Source of the DNA: Gemmatimonadota bacterium
GTDB lineage: Bacteria > Latescibacterota > UBA2968 > UBA8231
NCBI GenBank assembly: GCA_038153405.1
Contig: JAYOYH010000012.1
Location: forward strand, 45,496-109,495
Direction: 5' to 3'
Length of the DNA: 64,000 bases
This document shows, piece after piece, positions 48,939-58,184 of the stretch (position 1 is the first letter of the stretch; each line of letters starts with the position of its first letter). Position numbers and translations under genes: made by a program. The notes under the pieces were generated by a model. The model saw nothing but the letters and a program-made list of their open reading frames with translations, did not search any database and was not told where the DNA came from.

Positions 48939-50581
48939 AGCCCGCTTCCTTCGCGCAAAATTAGCGTGCGATCCGCTGCCACATCGACCACTTCATCGAC
49001 GCGACCCGAGGGCCAGTAGACGACAATCTTGTCGACGCGCTGGGCCGAACCCAACCCGACGTGCAGGCGTATATCGCTCTGTGAGAGAAAGCTCGCTCCC
49101 GACCGGACCTCGTCCGTTTGAATCGAGCCACCGGCATGCACCTCGACGCGCGCGCCCAGCGCCGCGCGATTGCTCTGTGCGCCGCGCAGCTGCAGATGCA
49201 ACCAGTGCGCACCGATAGCACTATCGTTGCGCATGAGCGTAGGACCATCGCCGACATTGGCCACCAGCACGTCGATATCGCCGTCTTCATCGTAGTCGCC
49301 AAAGGCCGCACCGCGGCTAACTTTGCGCACTGCCAGCGCATCTTCCTCACTCGTCGGCTGCAACTCCTCGAAGCGCCCAGCACCGACGTTGGCAAAGAGC
49401 TGGTTGCGCTGAGCAAAGGTGGTGTTTTCGTAGGATTCCACGTCGCTTTCAAGGTGGCCATTGGCAATAAATACGTCGCGGTCGCCGTCGTTGTCGTAGT
49501 CAAAAAAGCGCGTTCCCCACGACAGATAGGGAATGCTGCCCTTGCCCAGTCCAGCCAGGAATGTTTCGTCGACAAAGGTGCCATCGCCCAAGTTCTTGTA
49601 GAGCGTATTGGTCTCCCACTGGAAGTTGGTCACGAAGAGATCGGGATAGCCATCGTTATCGTAATCGCCCATATCGACGCCCATGCCCGCCTCGACATCG
49701 CCGTCTTCGTTATAAGCCGTGCCGGCCAGTAGGCCCACCTCCTCGAACAGTCCGCGACCGTCGTTGAGAAAGAGAAAGTTAAGCGTCTTGTCGTTGGCCA
49801 AGTACAGATCGGAATCGCCGTCCAGGTCGACATCGCCGAATACCACGCCCAGTTCCTTGCCGTCGTCGCTGTACAAGCCGGCCTGTCGAGTGACGTCGGC
49901 GAAGGTGCCATCGCCGCCGTTCTTGTAGAGCACGTCGGATACCCCGTCAAAGGCCTCGGGACCACAGTAGAGCTGCAGACCGCTGCCGCCCTCGGCGCAC
50001 ACGCGGTGGTTGTCGTAGGAAAAGTCGTGGTAGTTGGCTACGTAGAGATCGACGTAGCCGTCGCGATCGACGTCGGAAAAGGCGCAGCTCGTCGCCCAGC
50101 GCTCGTCGCCGACCCCAGCGGCCTTCGTCACATCGACAAACGAGCCGTTGCCCTCATTGCGATAGAGCGCATTGGCGCCAAAATTGCCCAGGTACAGGTC
50201 GAGATCGCCGTCGTTGTCGTAATCGCCCACGGCCATGCCCATGCCATAGCCCTCGTCGCCAACTCCAGCCGCCTCCGTCACGTCGACAAATGCGCCGCTG
50301 CCCGCATTGCGGTAAAGCGCGTTGCGCGGTGGCGTATCGAAGTGCACACCCGGCGTCGCCGCGCCGTTGATCAGGTAGATATCTAGCGATCCGTCGCCAT
50401 CGTAGTCGAAAAAGCCGGCACCTGCTCCCACTGTTTCGATGACGAATTTTTTGCCACTCGCTCCGTTGACGTGGCGAAACTCAATGCCCGCCGACGCCGT
50501 CACATCGGTGAATAGGGGCGGCTCCGCACGGCTCTGGGCGGCGAGGAAAACACAGCTCAATAACAAGAGTAAACGTGGCAA
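48935..50581 (-). CDS. CRTAC1-family protein (FG-GAP/VCBS + ASPIC/UnbV)
   Basis: Signal peptide, DYDNDGDLD repeats, YCGP loop, AGMGVDMGDYD, C-terminal GARV..SFLSQ..LHVGLG..WPSG. Confidence 0.92.
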   Translation of the reverse strand: MPRLLLLLSCVFLAAQSRAEPPLFTDVTASAGIEFRHVNGASGKKFVIETVGAGAGFFDYDGDGSLDIYLINGAATPGVHFDTPPRNALYRNAGSGAFVDVTEAAGVGDEGYGMGMAVGDYDNDGDLDLYLGNFGANALYRNEGNGSFVDVTKAAGVGDERWATSCAFSDVDRDGYVDLYVANYHDFSYDNHRVCAEGGSGLQLYCGPEAFDGVSDVLYKNGGDGTFADVTRQAGLYSDDGKELGVVFGDVDLDGDSDLYLANDKTLNFLFLNDGRGLFEEVGLLAGTAYNEDGDVEAGMGVDMGDYDNDGYPDLFVTNFQWETNTLYKNLGDGTFVDETFLAGLGKGSIPYLSWGTRFFDYDNDGDRDVFIANGHLESDVESYENTTFAQRNQLFANVGAGRFEELQPTSEEDALAVRKVSRGAAFGDYDEDGDIDVLVANVGDGPTLMRNDSAIGAHWLHLQLRGAQSNRAALGARVEVHAGGSIQTDEVRSGASFLSQSDIRLHVGLGSAQRVDKIVVYWPSGRVDEVVDVAADRTLILREGSGL

Positions 50582-50679
50582 ATCAATTCCTATATCGTCG
50601 ATATAACGCAGTTATTTTGCTCATGGATACGCGATTCAGAATATACTCATATTCGGCCCAGCGCTCAAAGGAGCAGCGC

Positions 50680-53109
50680 TCAGCGCAGAGCACTGGGCCA
50701 TATTTGCTGTGCGACGGGCAAGCGCGGCCGCTTCTCGCCTTCTTCCACCTTCCAGTAGCGAGAGGCGACAAAGGCAAAGGCGGCCAACCAGATAGAGGCG
50801 AGGGCAAAGACCGCCAACAAAGCGCCGCGTCCTAGCCTCGTCGCCGGGGGCGCCGGGGCGCGTTCGGGCGCGATCCGACCAGAGGCAAGGGCCAAAACAC
50901 CGGCCAGCACGTAGACTAGACCGCCGGCGACACACACGTGTTCCACGCTCCACTCCATGGCCATCGCTACGGCCGCCGTTGAACCCAGCACAGAGGCAAA
51001 GCCGTTGCTCGTCCACATCCAGGGCACGCTCAGCGCACCACGCGCCAGGCGCAGCGCGGAGGGAAACAGCGCGCCCATACCCACGCCGGGGGCGAAAACT
51101 ACCGCCAGTACCAGTGCACCGCGTGCCTCGACCGGCCAGGCATTGGCCGCGCTCAGCAGCGCGTTGAGCGGCACGCCATACAGCGCGCAGAACACCCCCA
51201 CCAGCGCGGTGAATACACCCAAGCCGCGCAGCGAGCCAACGAGGGCGATGCGCTCGCTCAGCAGAGAGCCCACGCCCGCGGCCAGCAGCAAGCCAAATAG
51301 CGCGGCGACTAGCGTCAGGGTGGGATAGCCGAGAAAGGGGCCCAAACGCTGCAGCAAGTACATCTCCATCAGCATAAACGCCACGCCCAATAGGGTGGCG
51401 TAACTGGCCAGTACAAGCGATGCCAGCTCCTCTCCAGCGCGGCGATGTGCCGCTCGAGCAAGCGGCATGAGCAGCACCAACACACAGGCGGCGGCGGCTC
51501 CCCACAGCACGGCGAGCAATTTGTCGTCCAAGCCGCGCTGGACATCGTAGAAAAATGGCCGAGCGTCGGATACCGGTGTAATATCGCTCTCCTCTTCAGC
51601 CACCCATCGGGCGATGCCGCCGTTGCGCAGAGTGGCTAGCTGCGGATGCTCGGCGATGCGCGGGGCAAAGTACAGCTGCAAACCCACCTCGTCGAGCACC
51701 GCGCGCATTTGCCGGAGCTGCTCGTTGGTATAGGGCGTTTTCTGCACGAGGACGAGCGGACGCTGGGCGCGGGCACGACCGCGGTCGGCCCGCGTGCCGT
51801 TGACGATGACTAAGTGATCCAGAACAGATCCGGCGTCCGCGCCGCGGCGCTCCCAGGCTGCGGCCAGCGTCGCCACCGCGCGCATCATCAGCGCGTGGTT
51901 GTGCACGACCAACGCCAGGCGCCCCTGCGGCTGCAAATGGTCTAGGTAGGCGTCAAACGCCTCGCGCGTGAAGAGATAGTTTTCCAGCAGGGCGTAGCCG
52001 ACCAAATCGGCGGCCTCCGCATAGACCAGCGGCAGGGCAATCAGGTCGTACGCACGCTGCGATTGCTCGACGTAGTGTCGACCGTCACCCGTGTGTATTT
52101 CGACGCCTTCGCGGTCGAAGAGGTAGCCGTTGTAGTCGCCGTACTGGCGCACGAGCGAGACAATTTGCGGATTGACCTCTACGCCTTCGACGTGCTGCCA
52201 ACCGGTCATCAGCGCGTAGAGTACGTCCTGACCACCCCCCGGACCGATAATGAGTGCGCGATCTCGCGGGCCGAAGTAGTAGGGGAAGAACGCCGCTTCG
52301 CGGCGCAGAAAAAACAGGCGGCGAAAGTCTCCGTCAAAGCGAAACATGTAGGAACCCGCACCCCCGTCGACGTAGAAGTTGAGGCCGGTCTCGCCGCTGC
52401 GATCGATTAGGTCCGTGCGCGCGTAGGCGCTCCACTGCGCCACCACAGGTTGAGCTCCATCGCGCAGCGCGCGCGCCATGGGTTTGTCAATACCCTGTCC
52501 TTGGGCTGCTATCTGCACGTGCAGCCACGGATCGCGCGCCTGTAGGGCCAGCGCAACGATGCTTACCACCGCCATCAGCGCGCGCACCCAGTGCCATTTG
52601 ACCCAGAGCGCAGCACCTAAAGCCAGCGCAGCGGACAGCAGCAGTGCTCCGGGGCCGCCCAACCATTCCAGCGCCGGCACGACCAACAGTGTGCCCAATG
52701 ACGCACCCACCAGATCGAAGAAGTAGAGCGAACCGCTCTCTCGCCGATGAACGGAAAAAATCCACGTCAGAAACAGACCGGCCAGCACGATGGGCGTTCC
52801 CGCCACCGCGACCAGAGCCCAAGAAGGCAGGCTGGGAAAAGCAGCTAACACACAGGCTGCAACCAGCGCCGCCAGCGCCGCTAGCTGAGCCACAGCCGCT
52901 AGCCAACCCGCGCTGCGCTCTTGGGTGGGACGCCAAAAAAAGGCGATGGCCGCACCCGCGCCGAGCCCGCAGATGGCACCCGACACCACGAGAAACGTGA
53001 AGTGGTAGTGCAACAAGAAGGAGAATAGGCGCGTCAGACCGATCTCGTATACCACGACGGCCGCCGCTAATAGGGCGACGGCCATGCGGCGGCGCAGCGC
53101 GCCGTTCAC
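50680..53109 (-). CDS. Membrane-fused spermidine-synthase-like SAM-dependent transferase
   Basis: N- and C-terminal TM bundles around a Rossmann MTase core (LIIGPGGGQD, VEVN, GDGR, YDLI, ENYLFT.EAF, D.RPFF). Confidence 0.82.
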   Translation of the reverse strand: MNGALRRRMAVALLAAAVVVYEIGLTRLFSFLLHYHFTFLVVSGAICGLGAGAAIAFFWRPTQERSAGWLAAVAQLAALAALVAACVLAAFPSLPSWALVAVAGTPIVLAGLFLTWIFSVHRRESGSLYFFDLVGASLGTLLVVPALEWLGGPGALLLSAALALGAALWVKWHWVRALMAVVSIVALALQARDPWLHVQIAAQGQGIDKPMARALRDGAQPVVAQWSAYARTDLIDRSGETGLNFYVDGGAGSYMFRFDGDFRRLFFLRREAAFFPYYFGPRDRALIIGPGGGQDVLYALMTGWQHVEGVEVNPQIVSLVRQYGDYNGYLFDREGVEIHTGDGRHYVEQSQRAYDLIALPLVYAEAADLVGYALLENYLFTREAFDAYLDHLQPQGRLALVVHNHALMMRAVATLAAAWERRGADAGSVLDHLVIVNGTRADRGRARAQRPLVLVQKTPYTNEQLRQMRAVLDEVGLQLYFAPRIAEHPQLATLRNGGIARWVAEEESDITPVSDARPFFYDVQRGLDDKLLAVLWGAAAACVLVLLMPLARAAHRRAGEELASLVLASYATLLGVAFMLMEMYLLQRLGPFLGYPTLTLVAALFGLLLAAGVGSLLSERIALVGSLRGLGVFTALVGVFCALYGVPLNALLSAANAWPVEARGALVLAVVFAPGVGMGALFPSALRLARGALSVPWMWTSNGFASVLGSTAAVAMAMEWSVEHVCVAGGLVYVLAGVLALASGRIAPERAPAPPATRLGRGALLAVFALASIWLAAFAFVASRYWKVEEGEKRPRLPVAQQIWPSALR

Positions 53110-56100
53110 GGCCGCACCTCGGCGCGGCGCAGACGCTCGTAGGCGGCCTGCTGAACGTGCGCCTCTTCGTCGCGCCCCAGGCGACGCAGGAGCTGGGCTA
53201 GCATCTGGCGCGGCGGCGCGTAGGCCGCGTCGACTTCAACGGCTTTTTCAAATGCTGTAACCGCGCGCGGCGCATCGCCCAGCAGGACGTAGGCATTGCC
53301 TAGGTTGTGATGGGCGCGCGCGTAGTCGGGAGCCAGCGAAAGAACCTTCTCGTAGGTATTAATCGCCTCCAACAGATGCCGCTGACGCAGGTAAATATTG
53401 CCAAGGTTGTTGAGCGCATCCAAGTGATCGGGGGCAATTTCCAGCGCTGCAGCATAGGCCTGGCATGCCGCCTGGTAGCGCTCAATGCGCGCGTAGATGA
53501 CGCCGAGTCGATAAAAGGCGTCGGCGTCGTTGGGGTTGAGCACAATGGCCGTTTTAAAGTCGAGTAAATTCTGGTGCTCTCGCTGCAACAGGCTAAAGTA
53601 GCGCAGCATGTGCCGTCCCTCAGCGGTCTTGCCGCCGCGCAGCAGAGCCTGTCCCAGATTGTAGTAGACCTCGTCGCGGTCTGGGTCGGCGCCCAGGGCA
53701 CTCTGCAAGTACCCCGTTGCTTCTTCGACATGACCTTCTTGCAGGAGCAATGCCCCCAAACGCGCCAGCAGCAGAGCGCTCTGCGGACTGCGTTCCAGCC
53801 CCTGGCGCAGCGCGGCCAGCGCCTGCTCGGCATCGCGGTTATTGAGGTGTATCTGTGCCACCAGTTCGCGCGCCTCGGCGCGCTCGGGCTGCAGGTGGAG
53901 TACGGTGCCCAAAACCTCTAGCGCTTCTTCATAGCGCGCCTGCACGAAGTATACGCGGCCCATTTGAAAGATCAGCTCGACCTCGTCCGGCAAATGCGCT
54001 ACGCCGCGCTGCAACACGTCCAGCGCCAGCCCGTAATCCGTCTGCCGCGCGTGCAGTCCAGCCAAGTTAAAATAGGCCTGCAAATGGAGGGGGTCGCGCG
54101 CCAGCGCCTGCTCGTAGCGCACTACCGCCTCGTCTAGGTGCTGCTGTCGCACCAATATATTGGCGAGAAAGTAGTGGGGGGCGGCCAGCGCATCGCCTAG
54201 CTGCCCGGCCAGCGACAGGGCCTCTACGGCGCGCGCAAGGTCGCCCGTATCGCCGTAAAGACGCCCCAGGGCTAGGTGAACGCGCGCATCGCCCGGCGCC
54301 CTCTGGCGAGCCTGCTGCAGGAGCCGTCCCGCCTCGCCATAGGCGCGCCAGGCCAGCAGCGCCGCCGACAGTTCGACCAGCGCATCTACGTCGTCCGGAC
54401 GCGCGGCAAGCGCGGCGCGCAGCGGCTCCAGCGGAGCAGGGGGCTCTACAGGCGCGCGCACTTTCTCCGGCAGCACTAGCGAGGCCCGTTCCCAAAAGCG
54501 CTGCATTGCCTCGTCCGCCGGACCGGCGGATTGCTCTTCTACGGCGTCATTCTCTGGCGATACAACCGGCGCTTCAGCGGCCGACTCGACGATCTGAACG
54601 ACTTGGTCGACGGCCTCAACTTGCTGCACCTGCCGCGCGCCGCCGGGCCAGGAGACGACGATGCTATCGACGCGGGATTGAGCGCCCAGGCCAAAGTACA
54701 GGCGTGGATCGTTCTGGGAGAGATAGCTCGATGCACTGCGCTTTTCGCGCACCCAGTGCCGCGCACCGGACCATACTTCGACGCGCGCACCGTAGGCGTC
54801 GCGGTTGCTGGCGCTGCCGCGCAGCGCCACGCCAAGCCAGCGTCCGCGCTCGGCGCTATCGTTGCGCATCAACAGCGCGGCTTCGGTCGTATTGAGCACG
54901 AAAATATCCACGTCGCCATCGTTGTCGTAATCGCCCGTCGCCGATCCGCGCCCAACGCGGGCGATGGCGAAAGCCGGCCCCGCTTCGTCGCTAATATCGC
55001 TAAAGCGCCCGTCGCCTTCGTTGCGATAGAGCTGGTCGCGCTGCGCATAGCTGGCCTGTGGGTCAAAGCGCTCAATGTCTTCGTCAATATGGCCATTGGC
55101 CACGTATAAATCGTCGTCGCCATCGCTGTCGTAATCGAAGAAGTTGATGCCAAATGCCAGGCGATCAAAACTGCTGGCACCGATCTGCACATCGACGGAA
55201 ACGTCGCGAAAAAGGCCGTTGCCCAAATTGCGGTAGAGCGTATTGCTCTCCCACTGGAAGTTGGTCATCACAATATCGGGCCAGCCGTCCAGATCGTAGT
55301 CGGCGACGTCGACGCCCATCGTGCCTTCCGGCTTACCCGCCTCGTTGTAGGCGACGCCGGCGAAGAGGCCGACTTCGACAAAGCGGCCGCCGTCGTTGCG
55401 ATAGAGAAAGTTCGGCGTCGCATCATTGCCCTGAAATAGATCGGGGTCGCCGTCCAAATCGGCGTCAAAAAAAATCGGCCCCAATTCGCGGCACTGTTCG
55501 CTGAGCAGCCCCGCCTCCTCCGTAACGTCGACAAAGCGACCGCTGTCGTTGCGGTAGAGAAAGTCGCGTCGACCTGGATACTCGGTCGGCGCCAGATGGC
55601 GGCGCGGCCGCTTGAGCCCCCCCCCGGCGTCGAGGTTGGCCTCCTCAAATGCGTAATCCAGATAATTGGCGACGTAGAGGTCTAGATCGCCATCGAGGTC
55701 ATAGTCGACAAATGCGCTGCCCGTCGACCAGCTGTCGTCTTCGCCGGCGATTAGATGCGTCGCGTTGGTAAATCGCCAGTCGTTTGCAGGCCCGTCGTTG
55801 CGATAGAGCACGTTGGGACCAAAATTGCTCACGAAGAGGTCGGCGTCGCCGTCGTTATCGTAATCGCCGGCGACCGCGCCCATGCCGTATCCGACATCGG
55901 CCACCCCTAGCCGATCGGATACCTCGGCGAACGCACCACCCTCGTTGCGATAGAGCGCATTGTGCGGCACCTGATCAGAAGTATGACCGGGCAAGTCGGT
56001 GCCATTAACGGCGTATAGATCTATCCAACCGTCGTTGTTGTAATCGAAGAATACGGCGCCGGAGCCAATCGTTTCCACGCCGTATTTTCGTCCGGAGCGA

Positions 56101-56285
56101 CCGCTGGTGTGCACGAAGTCGATGCCAACGTCGCGCGCCACGTCGACAAAGTGCACTCGACCGACAAGCGGCGCAGCGCGCGCCGTTTCCCGCGCAACCG
56201 GAGGCGCCTTTTGCTGCTGAGGCGACTCGGCGCCGCAGGCGATTAGTGCCAGCATCAACGCACTCGTTGCCAATCGATTTTTCAT
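53106..56285 (-). CDS. CRTAC1/ASPIC-UnbV + C-terminal TPR fusion lipoprotein
   Basis: Lipobox LIAC after ATG 56285, DxDxDG repeats, UnbV domain, then about 12 TPRs (ORF track starts at 56405). Confidence 0.9.
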   Translation of the reverse strand: MKNRLATSALMLALIACGAESPQQQKAPPVARETARAAPLVGRVHFVDVARDVGIDFVHTSGRSGRKYGVETIGSGAVFFDYNNDGWIDLYAVNGTDLPGHTSDQVPHNALYRNEGGAFAEVSDRLGVADVGYGMGAVAGDYDNDGDADLFVSNFGPNVLYRNDGPANDWRFTNATHLIAGEDDSWSTGSAFVDYDLDGDLDLYVANYLDYAFEEANLDAGGGLKRPRRHLAPTEYPGRRDFLYRNDSGRFVDVTEEAGLLSEQCRELGPIFFDADLDGDPDLFQGNDATPNFLYRNDGGRFVEVGLFAGVAYNEAGKPEGTMGVDVADYDLDGWPDIVMTNFQWESNTLYRNLGNGLFRDVSVDVQIGASSFDRLAFGINFFDYDSDGDDDLYVANGHIDEDIERFDPQASYAQRDQLYRNEGDGRFSDISDEAGPAFAIARVGRGSATGDYDNDGDVDIFVLNTTEAALLMRNDSAERGRWLGVALRGSASNRDAYGARVEVWSGARHWVREKRSASSYLSQNDPRLYFGLGAQSRVDSIVVSWPGGARQVQQVEAVDQVVQIVESAAEAPVVSPENDAVEEQSAGPADEAMQRFWERASLVLPEKVRAPVEPPAPLEPLRAALAARPDDVDALVELSAALLAWRAYGEAGRLLQQARQRAPGDARVHLALGRLYGDTGDLARAVEALSLAGQLGDALAAPHYFLANILVRQQHLDEAVVRYEQALARDPLHLQAYFNLAGLHARQTDYGLALDVLQRGVAHLPDEVELIFQMGRVYFVQARYEEALEVLGTVLHLQPERAEARELVAQIHLNNRDAEQALAALRQGLERSPQSALLLARLGALLLQEGHVEEATGYLQSALGADPDRDEVYYNLGQALLRGGKTAEGRHMLRYFSLLQREHQNLLDFKTAIVLNPNDADAFYRLGVIYARIERYQAACQAYAAALEIAPDHLDALNNLGNIYLRQRHLLEAINTYEKVLSLAPDYARAHHNLGNAYVLLGDAPRAVTAFEKAVEVDAAYAPPRQMLAQLLRRLGRDEEAHVQQAAYERLRRAEVRP

Positions 56286-56337
56286 CGGAGCGTATACATA
56301 GTTTTGTACGAGGGGGACGGTAGCGAAAGTGAACGTT

Positions 56338-56366
56338 ATACTAGCCCGTCTGTCTCGCTCCGTCAA
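56338..56366 (-). promoter_or_regulatory. sigma70-type promoter of the CRTAC1/TPR operon
   Basis: Minus strand TTGACG, 17 nt spacer, TAGTAT, about 50 nt upstream of ATG 56285. Confidence 0.5.
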
Positions 56367-56463
56367 GGTGTGATTCTTGCCACCCTCTATCTCAGGGCGT
56401 ATCATTTATCAGCACTCGACAGGTGTTTATACCCGCAATACTGGCATCTATAGGAGCATACCT

Positions 56464-58113
56464 TTGCAGCACCTAATTGCATACGCATGCATCGCAGCGC
56501 TCGCCATCGGCTGCGCCCAGCAGGAAAAGGCCAACGCACCGTCCGGCATCGTGGCACGCGTCGGCGAAGCGGAGATTACGCGCGAGCGGCTCGACCGCGC
56601 CGTGCAGACCCTATTCAGCGGCGCGCAGGAGCAGACCCCCGACAAGGAGCGCAAAGCATTAGAGCGGCTCGTCGACATAGAAGTCCTCCTGCTCGGCGCG
56701 CACCAGCGCAACTTACAGAACGACTTTCAGGTCAAGAGCGCCATCGCGCAAAGAGAACAGGAGCTCATGCTCGAAGAGCTCTACAAGCGCGGCGTTCTCA
56801 AAGACGATGACCACATCAGCAGCGAAGAGGCACGTGCCTATTTCGACCGCTACCGCATCGGCGAAGAGCGCCGCGTTAGTCGCATCTTAATCAGCAGTCC
56901 CATGGAGATTGATCGCGTGTTTCAGCGCACGCACGCCGGCGAGTCCTTTGCCGCCATCGCCAGCGATATGTCGGAGGACGGCGAAACGGCTACGCAGGGC
57001 GGCGACATCGGTTGGATGAGCCGCCTATCGTTCAAGAGCCACATTCTCCGACGCCAGGTATTCGATGCTGACATTGGTGCGCTCATCGGCCCCATTCAGG
57101 AACCCGATGGCTTCTCCATTATGAAAATCGTCGACCAGCGCCAGGTCCCCTTCGAAAGCGCGGCCGCCGCCGTTAAGAGCGTTATGATAGAGCAGAAGCG
57201 CGCGCTGGCGACCTTTGCCTTCCTAGAAGATTTGGCCGAGCGCGCCCACATACAGGAGCGCGGCGAAACGCTCAACCTCTTGCTCGCGCGGCTAAGCGAA
57301 GCCGGCGAGGAACTCCCCGAATTCAAGCAGGGCGAGCTGCGCATGCCGCTCTTTATCATCGACGGCGGCGAGTGGACGCTGGACCATTTTATGAACGCCA
57401 TGCTCAGCGAGCGCGACCAAGCGGAAATTCGCACGATCGACGACCTGCGCGACTACGCCCGACGACTCTATGCCTTCAAGGTCCTGCTGCCCGAGCACGG
57501 CAGACAGCAGGGTCTCCATGAAATCGAGCACATCGCCAAAGAGCTGCGCCGCATAGAGCGCGAAAAGCTACTCGATCGCATCCGACAGAAGGAAGTCATC
57601 GAACGCATCGACTTTGACGAAGACGACGAACGCGCCTACTACGAGAAAAACGTGGAGCGCTACGTGCGCCCCGAACGCACGTCCATAATCGAAGTGCTAG
57701 TCGACGAGCGCGCCCAGGCCGATGAGCTGCGCAGCGAAATGGAGCAGGGCGGCGATCTCGATGAGTTGGCGCGGCGCTACTCTAAGCGCAGCACGCGCAT
57801 TCGCCGCGCCGGGGGCCGCATGCAGCTGCTCAACCCGGACAAGTACGGCAAACTCGGCTGGGAAGCCAACGACGCGCAGGTGGGCGAAGTAGTCGGCCCC
57901 ATCAAGACCAATAATGGCTATTCTGTATTCAAGGTGCTGAAGAAGATACCCGCTCAGCAGATGAGCTTTGTCGAGGCAAAGGGCCGCGTGCGCTCGCACA
58001 TGCGCATGGAACTCAGCGAGTCCATGTTCGACGAATTCGTAACCGAGTTAAAGCGGCAGTACGCCGACCAAATTCGCATTTACGAGGAAAACCTGCCGCC
58101 TGCACAGTCTTAG
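56464..58113 (+). CDS. PpiC/parvulin-type peptidyl-prolyl isomerase lipoprotein with two PPIase domains
   Basis: AGGAG RBS + TTG, lipobox AIGC, GESFAAIASDMSED..QGGDIGW and GGDLDELARRYS...GPIKTNNGY. Confidence 0.87.
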   Translation: MQHLIAYACIAALAIGCAQQEKANAPSGIVARVGEAEITRERLDRAVQTLFSGAQEQTPDKERKALERLVDIEVLLLGAHQRNLQNDFQVKSAIAQREQELMLEELYKRGVLKDDDHISSEEARAYFDRYRIGEERRVSRILISSPMEIDRVFQRTHAGESFAAIASDMSEDGETATQGGDIGWMSRLSFKSHILRRQVFDADIGALIGPIQEPDGFSIMKIVDQRQVPFESAAAAVKSVMIEQKRALATFAFLEDLAERAHIQERGETLNLLLARLSEAGEELPEFKQGELRMPLFIIDGGEWTLDHFMNAMLSERDQAEIRTIDDLRDYARRLYAFKVLLPEHGRQQGLHEIEHIAKELRRIEREKLLDRIRQKEVIERIDFDEDDERAYYEKNVERYVRPERTSIIEVLVDERAQADELRSEMEQGGDLDELARRYSKRSTRIRRAGGRMQLLNPDKYGKLGWEANDAQVGEVVGPIKTNNGYSVFKVLKKIPAQQMSFVEAKGRVRSHMRMELSESMFDEFVTELKRQYADQIRIYEENLPPAQS

Positions 58114-58127
58114 ACGATAAGAGCGGT

Positions 58128-58172
58128 AAACGCAGAAGGGCCCCGGTTTTTTGCCGGGGCCCTTCTGCGTTT
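58128..58172. terminator. Bidirectional intrinsic terminator
   Basis: Perfect 19-bp inverted repeat aaacgcagaagggccccgg / ccggggcccttctgcgttt between convergent genes. Confidence 0.9.
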
Positions 58173-58184
58173 CTTTGTTGCAGC

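Noticed and set aside
50636..51505. 289-aa alternative-frame minus-strand ORF
   Set aside because: Arg/Gly/Ala-rich out-of-frame overlap within the methyltransferase gene
36098..56285. Recurring gtcgccgtcgttgtcgtagtc-like nucleotide repeats as CRISPR or tandem DNA repeats
   Set aside because: Degenerate, irregularly spaced and fully explained by coding DxDxDG FG-GAP motifs
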